Assembly (NCBI GenBank): GCA_019358935.1
Contig: JAHHIK010000088.1
Span: 1-35,726 of the forward strand
Direction: 5' to 3'
Source of the DNA: Tolypothrix carrinoi HA7290-LM1
GTDB taxonomy: Bacteria; Cyanobacteriota; Cyanobacteriia; Cyanobacteriales; Nostocaceae
DNA length: 35,726 bases
In this document: positions 1 to 10,884 of the stretch, piece by piece
How positions within the stretch are numbered: position 1 is the first letter of the stretch
Layout: each line of letters begins with the position of its first letter
Position numbers and translations under genes: made by a program
The notes under the pieces: generated by a model
The model's input: only the letters and a program-made list of their open reading frames with translations
Told to the model about the DNA's origin: nothing
Databases searched by the model: none

Positions 1-125
1 CCTAGCCAACCTCGAAACCGAGGAAGCGTAAGCACTAGGAAAGAACGCTTTCACTTACACCGTGGAGTGAGGTATGGACAAATTATCTAGCTAGTGGTAG
101 TTCTGTCCACACATTTAGAAGCGGT
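1..125 (+). mobile_element. End of a multicopy mobile element (structured non-coding end; possibly IS110/IS1111 family), copy 1
   Basis: Exact reverse complement of 35601-35725. It replaces the 3' end of the 87..887 gene. Hairpins at 10-14/19-23, 1-5/35-39, 51-56/65-70 and 75-87/96-109. The family assignment is inference only; no transposase is in the window. Confidence 0.75.
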
Positions 126-887
126 TACGGCTGGATTTGCGGTTCTATTGAGGATTTTTTCGGCAATCAATATGTCTAATCCTTGGGATTTGCCTGATAT
201 TTGTAATTGCTTGAGAGTAGCAGTTTGTGGCTGGACGAAACCGCTAAAGGTTAATCCTTCTTTGCTAGCTGTGTAATTGTAGACATAAAAAGATTCGCCT
301 TCAACCGTGCGTTGATCTGCTTTCAGGTCTAAATTGGGGGTCAAGCCAATTTGAGCTAAAATTTCTTTATCTGATAATTGACCGCGAGCAAGAATTTTTC
401 TGGCGTCACTGGGAATTTGCAGAAATAGGGAGGAGGACATGCCAATTAAAAAATAATCATCTGACTTGCCAAAATTATCGTAGGAAGTTACAGCGTATTC
501 TTTTGAGTCTGGTTTGTAAATTGAAACTTGTTTACCATCGGAAATTACTAGAGTAGGAGGTTTGGGTTGTTCTCCTTGTCGTGTAAAAGTAATTTCAGAG
601 CGAAATTTGCCATCAGACTGAGCGATAGTTTTGACTTTAGCGTAAGTAGTGAAATCAATGCCTTGATTTTTAGCACTAACTAAAATCTGAGACTCAGTTT
701 GATAGCGATCGCTTTGCAAAAAACCAGTAATAGTTTTAGCTAGTAAAGATATATCTACTGCTGTAGCTTGACTCAATTGTGTAGCAGAAGTTACTTGCAG
801 TTTGTTAGAGGCTTGTATTGCATTGGCTTTTGGCATCACCAAGGCAACAATACTCAAAGCCGTAATAGTCATGAGAATAGGTTTCAT
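87..887 (-). CDS. Secreted LolA-like/DUF2092-type periplasmic protein, C-terminus disrupted by the terminal element
   Basis: Signal-peptide-like N-terminus (MKPILM...ANA) and a LolA-like segment (VISDGKQVSIYKPDSKEY). The last codons (SKCVDRTTTS*) come from the 1-125 repeat. ATG at 887 preferred over TTG at 911. Confidence 0.65.
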   Translation of the reverse strand: MKPILMTITALSIVALVMPKANAIQASNKLQVTSATQLSQATAVDISLLAKTITGFLQSDRYQTESQILVSAKNQGIDFTTYAKVKTIAQSDGKFRSEITFTRQGEQPKPPTLVISDGKQVSIYKPDSKEYAVTSYDNFGKSDDYFLIGMSSSLFLQIPSDARKILARGQLSDKEILAQIGLTPNLDLKADQRTVEGESFYVYNYTASKEGLTFSGFVQPQTATLKQLQISGKSQGLDILIAEKILNRTANPAVTASKCVDRTTTS

Positions 888-1114
888 AAGCAATTTACAA
901 TTCAGTGGCAAACAACCTCATTTTTACGATCTGTTTTGTCATATTTATGTTCCATATATTTGTATTATTAGTGCCAATTTTGACTAAAAGTTGAGAATAA
1001 TTGATGTAATGATTTTATAATCTGCACAGTATTCATACTTAGCGCTAGCTAGAATCAAAGCAGGCAGCGCCGACAAGCAAATGTCTAGAAAACTTGTTAA
1101 ATCTGAGCGTATAA

Positions 1115-2489
<1,375 letters not shown>

Positions 2490-2491
<2 letters not shown>

Positions 2492-2557
2492 AGGTAAAAG
2501 GTAAAGGGCAAAAGGTAAAAGAAAGATATTAACTTTTGCCTTTTGTTTTTAACTTTT
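2490..2557. repeat. Inverted heptamer repeat arms (AAAAGGT/TTTTGCC-like), probable terminator after eno
   Basis: taaaggtaaaaggtaaagggcaaaaggtaaaa ... ttttgccttttgtttttaactttt directly after the stop codon. Confidence 0.6.
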
Positions 2558-2585
2558 GTAGAGACGCGACATGTCGCGTTTCTAG
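2558..2585. repeat. GTAG-type REP-like palindrome
   Basis: gtagagacgcgacatgtcgcgtttctag; near copy at 3915-3944. Confidence 0.8.
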
Positions 2586-2653
2586 GGACAAAAAAAATTG
2601 ATCGCGAATTATTTACGCGAACTTAAACTTAAAGAAGTTCTGAAAGTTAGGCG

Positions 2654-3247
2654 TTAGTTTGTATGTCGGATAACGCGCTCAAACTCTTGAACAGCATCAT
2701 ACTGGTCAGGCATTGCAATATATTGCAATAACAAATTTGGGTCTAAACCTGGGAAAAATCCACTTTGGTTTACTTCTTCATATTCACCTTGTTCGGTAAG
2801 GCGATATATTTTTATTTCATTCTTTTTCCAAAACCAAACTTCAGGCACTTTTTTAGGCTTATAAAGTTCCTTTCTGTTGATGGTTCCACTGGTGATAATA
2901 ATTTCAATAACAATGTCTGGGGTTTCTTTATCAGTGCCGATACAATAAGACTCATCAGGTGTGCCAGAAGCATATCCAGGTTCTTCCAGGGTGAAACCGC
3001 CGCGTTTGTAAAACCGAATGCCTTTTACTTTCATGTAAGCTTCTAGTAACAAACCAAGGGTGCTTTTGACTTTTTCATGTTTATCTCCAATCGGCGACAT
3101 AATTTCTAAAATTCCTGATAAATAAGACAGTCGGACATTACGGTTATCCTTTAGCTGTGCTTCAATACCTTTGAATTGCTCCCAAGAAACATCAGGCAGA
3201 GTTACCAGTTTTTCTTGTGTGGATTGTTCTATAAGTGGGATACTCAT
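2654..3247 (-). CDS. Uma2 (DUF820) family endonuclease
   Basis: VSWEQF, LEIMSP, PDESY, PDIVIEI, VPEVWFW pattern. Confidence 0.9.
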   Translation of the reverse strand: MSIPLIEQSTQEKLVTLPDVSWEQFKGIEAQLKDNRNVRLSYLSGILEIMSPIGDKHEKVKSTLGLLLEAYMKVKGIRFYKRGGFTLEEPGYASGTPDESYCIGTDKETPDIVIEIIITSGTINRKELYKPKKVPEVWFWKKNEIKIYRLTEQGEYEEVNQSGFFPGLDPNLLLQYIAMPDQYDAVQEFERVIRHTN

Positions 3248-3348
3248 ATCAATACTTCCTTAAAAAACTAAAGTTCTGCTCAATTTTCCATCGAACATCA
3301 CACACAAGAGTGTACGTCCGTATGAATAATAACTGCTATATTTAATAA

Positions 3349-3789
3349 TCATAAAATTGAATGGTAAGTATCTTTACCAGTCTCAGGTAGCAAGATTAAT
3401 CGCTGATTAATTACATCAGGTTGCAATCCTAGTTCTTCAAGTGGAATTACACCCAAAAATATATTCTCTCCACCTGGTAATTCAGTACAGGTGAATTCAC
3501 CTTTTCTTCCTTCTACTGTTAGACTTACCCGCTTAAAAAGACGTGTTTTACAGATACCCGCTGCGGTTTTAACATCTATTTCTCCGGCAAGCGGTAAGCC
3601 TAACTGAGCAATAATATTTGCTGGTAGACAAAGACGGGTTGCGCCTGTATTAACTAAAACATTATCTAGAGTAATAGAGCGAATTTGTTCGCTCGGAGTA
3701 AAACCCCGTTCTGCTAATATTTCATCGACTAAATTACTTAGAGTAATTGTAGTAGTGATAATTCCCATCTTGTTACTAGATTTAGTCAT
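3349..3789 (-). CDS. Clan AA (retropepsin-like) aspartyl protease homologue with the catalytic Asp replaced by Asn
   Basis: VLVNTGATRLCLP (canonical DTG) and LGVIPLEELGL. Confidence 0.8.
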   Translation of the reverse strand: MTKSSNKMGIITTTITLSNLVDEILAERGFTPSEQIRSITLDNVLVNTGATRLCLPANIIAQLGLPLAGEIDVKTAAGICKTRLFKRVSLTVEGRKGEFTCTELPGGENIFLGVIPLEELGLQPDVINQRLILLPETGKDTYHSIL

Positions 3790-3872
3790 GATTATTAATT
3801 CATGATTGAGGAACTAGAGAGAAAGTAAATAGATTTTGTCAACAAAAATCATCAATTGTGGGCACCGAAGTA

Positions 3873-3961
3873 GAGTTAGGAGTTAGGAGTGATGAGTTAT
3901 GAATTAAAAACTCCTGTACAGACGCGACATGTCGCGTCTGTACAATTTCTAACTCCTAACT
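3873..3961. repeat. Perfect 30-bp palindrome (3915-3944) inside inverted GAGTTAG/CTAACTC heptamer arms
   Basis: tgtacagacgcgacatgtcgcgtctgtaca flanked by gagttaggagttag and ctaactcctaact; lies just after the argC stop. Confidence 0.85.
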
Positions 3962-3964
3962 GAT

Positions 3965-5023
3965 TTAAGGATAAAATCCCAACTTGGGTAATCCCAAGGT
4001 TTCATCCCAGCCCATCATAATGTTCATACATTGGATAGCTTGACCTGCCTGACCTTTAATTAAGTTATCAATTGCTGACATAACAATCACGCGACCGGTG
4101 CGCGGGTCAACTTCTAAACCGATATAACAAAGATTACTACCGCAAGCCCATTTTGTTTGGGGATATTCGCCAGTTTCGCAAATTCTCACCCAAGGAGAGT
4201 TACGGTAAAAGGCTCTAAAAATAGTAATTAAGTCGTCTCGCACTAAGCCGGGATCGCGGAGGGTGGCGTATACGGTAGCTAAAATACCCCGCACCATTGG
4301 GATAAGGTGGGGTGTAAATTGAATCATAACTTCATGCCCCGCCAAATCACTGCAAATCTGCTCAATTTCCGGGGTGTGGCGGTGACGGGCGACACCATAT
4401 GCCCCTAGAGAGTTGTCTGCTTCGGCTAGCAAGAAGTTGATTTTCGCTTGCCGTCCGCCGCCGGAGGTGCCAGACTTAGCATCGACAATGGCGGTTTCGG
4501 GGACGATTAAACCTTGCTTCAAAAGTGGCGAAAGTGCCAGAAGGCTGGCGGTAGGATAGCAGCCGGGACAGCCAATTAACTGCGCTTCGGCAATGCGCGA
4601 GCGATACAATTCCGGTAAGCCATAAACTGCTGTCGCAGCTGTGGCGTTATCGTTTCTCTGTTTGCCATACCAAGTTGTGTAAGTTGTCAAGTCACTGAAG
4701 CGGTAATCTGCACTGAGATCGAGTACTTTACATTTTTTTTCCAACAGTTTTGGAGTCATTTCGCAAGCCAGACCATTTGGAAGAGAAAGAAACACCACTT
4801 CAGTGCGATCGCCGATAATTTCTGGATCTACCTCCTCAACTGGTAAATTAACTGCATGAGCCAAATGAGGGTAAAGTTCGCCAAACGGTTTGCCAGCGCT
4901 ACTCTCGCCACCTAAATAAACAACTTCGACTTCTGGATGATCCATCAGTAGTCGAACTAGCTGTACTCCGCCGTAGCCTGACGCGCCAACAATGCCAACG
5001 GGTACGCGTCTTAAATTGCCCAT
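3965..5023 (-). CDS. argC: N-acetyl-gamma-glutamyl-phosphate reductase
   Basis: [52 protein letters not shown]. Confidence 0.97.
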   Translation of the reverse strand: MGNLRRVPVGIVGASGYGGVQLVRLLMDHPEVEVVYLGGESSAGKPFGELYPHLAHAVNLPVEEVDPEIIGDRTEVVFLSLPNGLACEMTPKLLEKKCKVLDLSADYRFSDLTTYTTWYGKQRNDNATAATAVYGLPELYRSRIAEAQLIGCPGCYPTASLLALSPLLKQGLIVPETAIVDAKSGTSGGGRQAKINFLLAEADNSLGAYGVARHRHTPEIEQICSDLAGHEVMIQFTPHLIPMVRGILATVYATLRDPGLVRDDLITIFRAFYRNSPWVRICETGEYPQTKWACGSNLCYIGLEVDPRTGRVIVMSAIDNLIKGQAGQAIQCMNIMMGWDETLGLPKLGFYP

Positions 5024-5124
5024 GATATCAAATCCTTATCCGATGAATGATTAATTCGTTATTGGCTATCAACTATCATCAACTAAATGCGACCATTCGC
5101 ATAACTGTTATTTAGCCGCCAAAC

Positions 5125-5299
5125 TGGGGAATGGGGAATGGGGCATGGGGCATGGGGCATGGAAAGAATCGTATTACAACGCGCATCACGAAAAGCCGCT
5201 TCTTTAATTCGAGCGTGCCCATTGCCCATTGCCCATTGCCCATTGCCCATTGCCCATTGCCCAATTACCAATGCCCAATGCCCCATTCCCCATTCCCCC
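5125..5299. repeat. STRR-type heptamer arrays in inverted orientation (TGGGGAA/TGGGGCA and CCCATTG/CCCCATT) in the argC-ribBA divergent intergenic region
   Basis: Tandem 7-mers at 5125-5162 and 5216-5299 with a unique ~53-bp core. Confidence 0.9.
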
Positions 5300-5366
5300 T
5301 TAAAGGTTGTACAATCGAAAAGTAGGTTTTGTTAAAAAAATTTACGTTGGTCGTTGGAAATACTCT

Positions 5367-7064
5367 GTGTCGCAGTCTTGGACCACATCCTCAACTTTTG
5401 AATTTGACTTGATTGATGCCGCTTTAGCAGACCTGAAAGCCGGTCGCTCTGTGGTGGTAGTAGATGATGAAAATCGAGAAAATGAAGGCGATTTGATTTG
5501 CGCCGCCCAATTTGCTACCCCGGATATGATTAATTTTATGGCGGTGGAAGCGCGAGGGCTGATTTGTTTGGCGATGACAGGCGATCGCCTTGATGAACTT
5601 GACTTACCATTAATGGTAAGCAATATTACAGACACTAATCAAACTGCTTTCACTGTCAGCATTGATGCTGGTCCTCATTTAGGTGTCAGTACTGGCATTT
5701 CCGCAGAAGACCGCGCTCGTACTATTCAAGTAACCCTCAATCCAGCTACACAGCCTTCAGATTTACGTCGCCCCGGTCATATTTTCCCGATTCGTGCCAA
5801 GCAAGGCGGTGTACTAAAACGCGCCGGACATACAGAAGCGGCGGTTGATTTAGCTCGATTATCTGGGCTATATCCAGCCGGGGTAATTTGTGAAATTCAA
5901 AACCCCGATGGCTCGATGGCGCGATTGCCTCAGTTATTTGAGTATGCTAAACATCATAAGCTGAAAATTATTAGCATTGCCGATTTAATCAGTTATCGCC
6001 TGAAACACGATCGCTTGGTTTATCGCGATGTCGTGACCAAATTACCGAGTCAGTACGGTCAATTTCAAATATATGGCTACCGTCACACCTTGGATAATAC
6101 TGAACATGTCGCGATTGTCAAAGGCGACCCAGCTACCTTTAAAGATGAGCCTGTAATGGTGCGAATGCATTCAGAATGCTTGACGGGTGACGCTTTAGGT
6201 TCTCTGCGCTGTGATTGTCAATTGCAACTGCAAGCCGCTCTGAAAATGATTGAGCAAGCGGGTAAAGGTGTCGTAGTATACTTGCGGCAAGAAGGGCGGG
6301 GCATCGGCTTGATTAACAAGTTGAAGGCTTACAGCTTCCAGGATATGGGACTGGATACAGTCGAGGCAAACGAGCGTTTGGGATTTCCCGCCGATTTGCG
6401 AGATTATGGTATGGGAGCGCAAATGCTGATGGATTTGGGCGTGCATAAGATTCGCTTAATTACCAATAATCCGAGGAAAATAGCAGGTGTTAAAGGCTAC
6501 GGATTGGAAGTAGTCGATCGCGTACCGTTGTTGATTGAGGCAAACGATTACAATTCTTATTATCTGGCTACAAAGGCGAGAAAGCTGGATCATATGCTGT
6601 TGCAGACTTATCTGGTAACAGTAGCGATTCATTGGCAAGATGACCCAGAAGCTGTTACCGAACGTTATGAACGTTTAGAGAAGCTGCGGCATTTAGCGAA
6701 AAGCCATGATTTATTGTTGCAAGAAGAAGCGCGTCCGTTAGCGATCGCTTTATTTGACAAACCATCTTTAACTGTACATTTGGGTTTCGATCAACCGCAA
6801 CTGGCTGCACCTGATTGGTATCAGCAAAACAGTCATCCTTATGTACAGGCGATCGGTCAAATACTTGACAATTTGGCAACTTTGCCTTATGTTGATAAGT
6901 TTGAATTTATGATTTCTCCAGGGATTGATCCTTTGAGTCATTTGCAAGTGCAATGCGATCGGCAAACCTTTCCTGATGGAACTTTACCTTCATCGATTTG
7001 TTGCGAACAACTGAAGACGCAAACAATTTATAGTTTTAGTCAAATGCAGCCCCAAGACGCATAA
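5367..7064 (+). CDS. ribBA: Bifunctional DHBP synthase/GTP cyclohydrolase II with cyanobacterial C-terminal extension
   Basis: [57 protein letters not shown] at 5367 is the likely start. Confidence 0.96.
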   Translation: MSQSWTTSSTFEFDLIDAALADLKAGRSVVVVDDENRENEGDLICAAQFATPDMINFMAVEARGLICLAMTGDRLDELDLPLMVSNITDTNQTAFTVSIDAGPHLGVSTGISAEDRARTIQVTLNPATQPSDLRRPGHIFPIRAKQGGVLKRAGHTEAAVDLARLSGLYPAGVICEIQNPDGSMARLPQLFEYAKHHKLKIISIADLISYRLKHDRLVYRDVVTKLPSQYGQFQIYGYRHTLDNTEHVAIVKGDPATFKDEPVMVRMHSECLTGDALGSLRCDCQLQLQAALKMIEQAGKGVVVYLRQEGRGIGLINKLKAYSFQDMGLDTVEANERLGFPADLRDYGMGAQMLMDLGVHKIRLITNNPRKIAGVKGYGLEVVDRVPLLIEANDYNSYYLATKARKLDHMLLQTYLVTVAIHWQDDPEAVTERYERLEKLRHLAKSHDLLLQEEARPLAIALFDKPSLTVHLGFDQPQLAAPDWYQQNSHPYVQAIGQILDNLATLPYVDKFEFMISPGIDPLSHLQVQCDRQTFPDGTLPSSICCEQLKTQTIYSFSQMQPQDA

Positions 7065-7092
7065 ATTGAAAGTCAGTAGACCGAAAAGTTTT

Positions 7093-7142
7093 GCGTTAGC
7101 GTTCGCGCAGCGTTCCGCAGGAAAGCTTACCGAAGGTATCGC
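7093..7142 (+). repeat. Two nested 21-nt SDR5-like insertions splitting a HIP1 site
   Basis: GCG[ttagcg(ttcgcgcagcgttccgcagga)aagcttaccgaaggt]ATCGC; both inner and outer inserts are exactly 21 nt. Confidence 0.75.
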
Positions 7143-7176
7143 TGTGTGATGATAATCAGCACTGCTAGATGGCGAA

Positions 7177-7839
7177 CTATTTGGTTGAAACTTCAGGCGA
7201 TCGCGCATAGGTAACTGCAAAAGCAAATCCCTTGAGAATTTGTAAAACGCTGTACAGTTCCCTGGCATTCGTAAACGGGGCGAACACCCGTGACAAGTCG
7301 TACTGTGGCGTACCTGCCTGTACCACCTTGATAAACAAAATATCGTCCCCATTCGTCACCATGCCAAATACGGGCAGATTGGGGTTGGGGTTCGCCATCA
7401 GATACGCCAAGGCTTGCGGTACTGCCGACCAAACCGACAGGGTGGTTTTTTTCGATTCCACCACCATGACCCAGAACCGATCTTGCAGGACGAGAACATC
7501 AATTCGTCCGCGCAGAATTTCCTCGCCATCATCCAGCACCAATTCTACCGCTGCTTCAGCCTTAATCTTAAAAGGAGGATCGTAGAATCCTGCAATACGC
7601 TGTATTGGTGACACTAGCAACAGCATGACCGTCCCTTCCAACAAATCACCCCCGGCACGATGATAAAGATACCTGCGCCGCACGACATCTAAGGAGGATT
7701 TGTCCGCTTCGGTAATTTCTGGTAATCCAGCAGACCACTCTTGGAAAAACTGCCCAGACTCAACACGGACGAGACCAAATCGGGTTTCTGCGTCCGTTAA
7801 GCTGGTAATCGCCTCTGTAATCGCTGCTGCCTGCGTCAT
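7177..7839 (-). CDS. Stand-alone HsdR-N-like (type I restriction subunit R N-terminal) PD-(D/E)xK protein
   Basis: GRIDVLV...VVESKK, QALAY, GMVTNG motifs. Confidence 0.8.
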   Translation of the reverse strand: MTQAAAITEAITSLTDAETRFGLVRVESGQFFQEWSAGLPEITEADKSSLDVVRRRYLYHRAGGDLLEGTVMLLLVSPIQRIAGFYDPPFKIKAEAAVELVLDDGEEILRGRIDVLVLQDRFWVMVVESKKTTLSVWSAVPQALAYLMANPNPNLPVFGMVTNGDDILFIKVVQAGTPQYDLSRVFAPFTNARELYSVLQILKGFAFAVTYARSPEVSTK

Positions 7840-7910
7840 GGTTATTTACCCCCAGTAGCCTTGAGAACGGCGTATCTTAATACTTCTTCATATTATAGTT
7901 TTGGAAAATC

Positions 7911-8489
7911 TTAAGCCCATACAAAAAGTAAATCTAAGACAAAACCAGGTAATATATCTTCTCCAGATAAGCTTGTAGGAGACTCTAATACTTCTTTTTG
8001 TTGTCCTTGTCTATAAATTTCAACACGGCGAGTTTTTCTATCAATTAGCCAACCTAACTTTACACCTGCATTCATATATTCTTGCATTTTGGCTTGCGTT
8101 TCACTCAAACTATCGGATGGGGACATTAACTCCAATACAAAATCGGGAGCGATAGGAGGAAACTTTTCGCGTTGTTTTGATGTAAGTGCATTCCATCGTT
8201 CTAATTTTATCCAAGATACATCGGGGGAGCGATCCGCACCATTGGGGAGTTTAAAGCAGGTGGAGGAGTCGAATACTTCTCCAAGTTTTGTTTGACGGTT
8301 CCAAATTACAAAATCCGTAATAATCGATGCATTACATTTTCCTGTTTCTCCTCCGGTTGGTGACATTATAATTAGTTCTCCAAAAGCATTACGTTCAAAT
8401 TTGACATCGGGATTATCACGACACAGTTGATAAAATTGGTCGTCGCTAAGTTTGAGGACATTATTAAAGTTGATGGTAATTGCGGTCAT
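7911..8489 (-). CDS. Uma2 (DUF820) family endonuclease
   Basis: GELIIMSPTGGETG, RSPDVSW, PDFVLELMSPSD, KMQEY..GVKLGWLID. ATG at 8489. Confidence 0.93.
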   Translation of the reverse strand: MTAITINFNNVLKLSDDQFYQLCRDNPDVKFERNAFGELIIMSPTGGETGKCNASIITDFVIWNRQTKLGEVFDSSTCFKLPNGADRSPDVSWIKLERWNALTSKQREKFPPIAPDFVLELMSPSDSLSETQAKMQEYMNAGVKLGWLIDRKTRRVEIYRQGQQKEVLESPTSLSGEDILPGFVLDLLFVWA

Positions 8490-8588
8490 AACTGTGCTTA
8501 CATATAAGTATAAAATTGCTTTGGGCAACAAACTAGGCTTTAATTTTAGCTTTCTTACTTCATTTTTGCGTTCTTGGTTGCTGAGTCA

Positions 8589-9419
8589 TTATTCACTTAC
8601 TTGACGAAAGTTATGAAGTAAGTTGAGAAACTTCTGTTGATCAAAACTTCTGGGATCGATTCGTGTTCCAGAACGATCTACTAGATGATGGGTGGTAATG
8701 CGATCGTCTGGCACATCACTTTGAGCGATTAACCAAGCTAGAGAATAATATTGAGCATCAGTATAACCGCTATGAATTGGTTCTGTGTCAGTCCAACCGT
8801 CTGGTGGGGTTTCTAAAGAAACGTGATAAGCAAAGTTATTTACAGATGGTGGTAAATTAGCATTAGTTTTCACGCTTTCTGAACCGTTAGCACTATCAAA
8901 TACTGAATTCGCTGCACCATAAGCGCGTTTATCTGGTGGAACTGTATAAATAACTGTTCCATCTAACTTAATCATCGCGTGGTAACTCGCTTGCACGTTT
9001 TCGTCGGTATGAGGTGTTTGAAAAAAATTAATGGCGCTGGAGGCAGAATTAGAAGTTTCATGGAGTACTATAATCGGTAGATTGTTGACAGGTACACCAT
9101 TAACGTCTTTGGTATAACGCTCTCCGTAGTTGCTTGGATCTGCCCAAGCAATCTCATATCTGGGTCTGTACTTTGTAAAAGCCGCAGTGGTTTTGAACAG
9201 AGATTTGGGAGGATTTGCAGTGCTGCTTGGTTTGATCGGCGATCGCATTTGCGCGTTTGGATATTGACTCCAAGAAGCGATGCCTGCGGCGGGCTGCGCC
9301 AACGCACTTTCTGGTGTATTATTTTCTAGTTGTGTAGTCCCAACAAGCAGCGCCACAATCAAAGCGACAAATATCAGAGAAATTAGCATTACTCTGGTTG
9401 CCCAGTCCTTAAAATTCAT
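8589..9419 (-). CDS. N-acetylmuramoyl-L-alanine amidase (Amidase_2/PGRP family) with N-terminal membrane anchor
   Basis: IVLHET, ASYH, HVSLE, ITTHH..DP zinc/catalytic pattern; hydrophobic N-terminus. Confidence 0.88.
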   Translation of the reverse strand: MNFKDWATRVMLISLIFVALIVALLVGTTQLENNTPESALAQPAAGIASWSQYPNAQMRSPIKPSSTANPPKSLFKTTAAFTKYRPRYEIAWADPSNYGERYTKDVNGVPVNNLPIIVLHETSNSASSAINFFQTPHTDENVQASYHAMIKLDGTVIYTVPPDKRAYGAANSVFDSANGSESVKTNANLPPSVNNFAYHVSLETPPDGWTDTEPIHSGYTDAQYYSLAWLIAQSDVPDDRITTHHLVDRSGTRIDPRSFDQQKFLNLLHNFRQVSE

Positions 9420-9526
9420 TATTTTATAATTAAATAATTAATCAAAATAATCCTAGTATCTTGATTTTAATTAAAAATAGGTTACTAGGATACTAATAAA
9501 AAATTACCAAGTTGCACACTTTTTTC

Positions 9527-10117
9527 TCAAGTATTAGTCACTTTTTTACTTGTTGAATCAATAAAGCTAATAATTTCACTCACACTTTTTTTAAATTCTC
9601 TACTAAATTCCCTACATTTATCGTAGTAGTTACTTAATAATTGAATACCTTGTTCTGTTGATTTTTCTAATATATTATAGGCTTGAGCAATTTCAGCGTC
9701 TAACTTATAGATATTTTCGATTAGTGGAGTTAACTTTTCATATTTATTTTTATTTAATGCTGCAATCAACATATGAGCTACAACAATTTATGTAAGTATT
9801 ACTTTCATTTCTTCATCGTATTTCAACATATCTTATTTTGTAAAATTAGTAGATGTAAACTTTGCTTTCCACGTAAACCAGGTCATTACATGTAATCCAA
9901 TACTTAGTTTTTTTGTAAGTTCTACAATTGCTAAACGAATATCTTTTTGCCTATCATCTTCTCTTAGTTGAAGCCATCTATTATTGTCATCAGCCTTAGC
10001 ACGAAGCCACTTGTCATATTCTAAGCGTGATTGTCTCCAACTAGTTAATAAAGCAACAGATAAGCCAGAAATAGCAGCAATTGCTGCTCCTATAATTACT
10101 GCTACTGGTTCATTCAC
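9527..10117 (-). pseudogene. AT-rich membrane-anchored hypothetical gene broken by two in-frame TAA stops
   Basis: ORFs 9833..10117 and 9527..9772 share one frame. Stops at 9833-9835 and 9788-9790 interrupt ...NFTK*DMLKYDEEMKVILT*IVVAHMLIAAL... Confidence 0.7.
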
Positions 10118-10308
10118 AATGTATTACCTCAAAACAGCAAGACTGTACTAATACGGTTTTATGTATGCGCTAAAAAGTTAGACTAACTGTTATAATTCTT
10201 ACCAAAAATTACTTTAGATCAAATTTACCAAATCCATCTTTATTTACAACAAATTTTTACACTACCGCTCTTACATCACTCTGGTCAAATAAAAATCTCA
10301 GCAAACTT

Positions 10309-10689
10309 TTAAATAATCGCACCTTTTTCCGCTACTCGGTTCATTTCTCTAATTGCCTTTTCTAAATTAGAAAAATGATGAATTGCTAAAATCCTGATAA
10401 CTGCATCCACAGATGCGGAAGGTAGAGGAATATCTTCTGCATAACCACTAATTGATTGAACTTGTGGATGTGGGATAGATTGCGATCGCATCACGGATGA
10501 AGGTTCTACCGCATAAACGTAAAATCCTCGGTCTGCAATTGCTCTACTATAACCTCCAGTACCAGCACCAATATCGGTGATCGTACTTTTGTTTGATAGA
10601 CGTAGTAAATTTACTACTGAATTGACTATCCGAGAATCCGGAACACGAGACTTTGAGTAGATTTTACCAATATCATCATAAATAGACAT
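10309..10689 (-). pseudogene. Class I SAM-dependent methyltransferase (Methyltransf_11-like), C-terminally truncated
   Basis: DIGAGTGGY, AVEPS, AEDIPL, AIHHF, EMNRV. The ORF stops in the middle of strand beta-5 (GAII*). Confidence 0.75.
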
Positions 10690-10884
10690 TTTTTTAACAC
10701 TAAGTTGCATATGTGAAAGAGGCTGTCAAGCAACTTGCTTCTGGGTTCCTCAGTTGTTATACCTAATTTACACAATCTTTATAGACACTTATTTTGAATA
10801 AATACTTCCGAAGCGCAAGAAATTGAGGAAAATATTAAATTAAGTGGAGTATCACTCGACTTATGTAAATTATTCTAGGAGAAT

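Noticed and set aside
5083..5335. Short ORFs over the STRR arrays (also 31864-32317)
   Set aside because: They are translations of heptamer repeats (MGNG, PIAHC, WWKRG) with no coding signal.
10711..10884. Cobalamin/SAM riboswitch before metH (and FMN riboswitch before ribBA)
   Set aside because: No recognisable conserved riboswitch motifs; an Rfam scan would be needed to exclude them formally.
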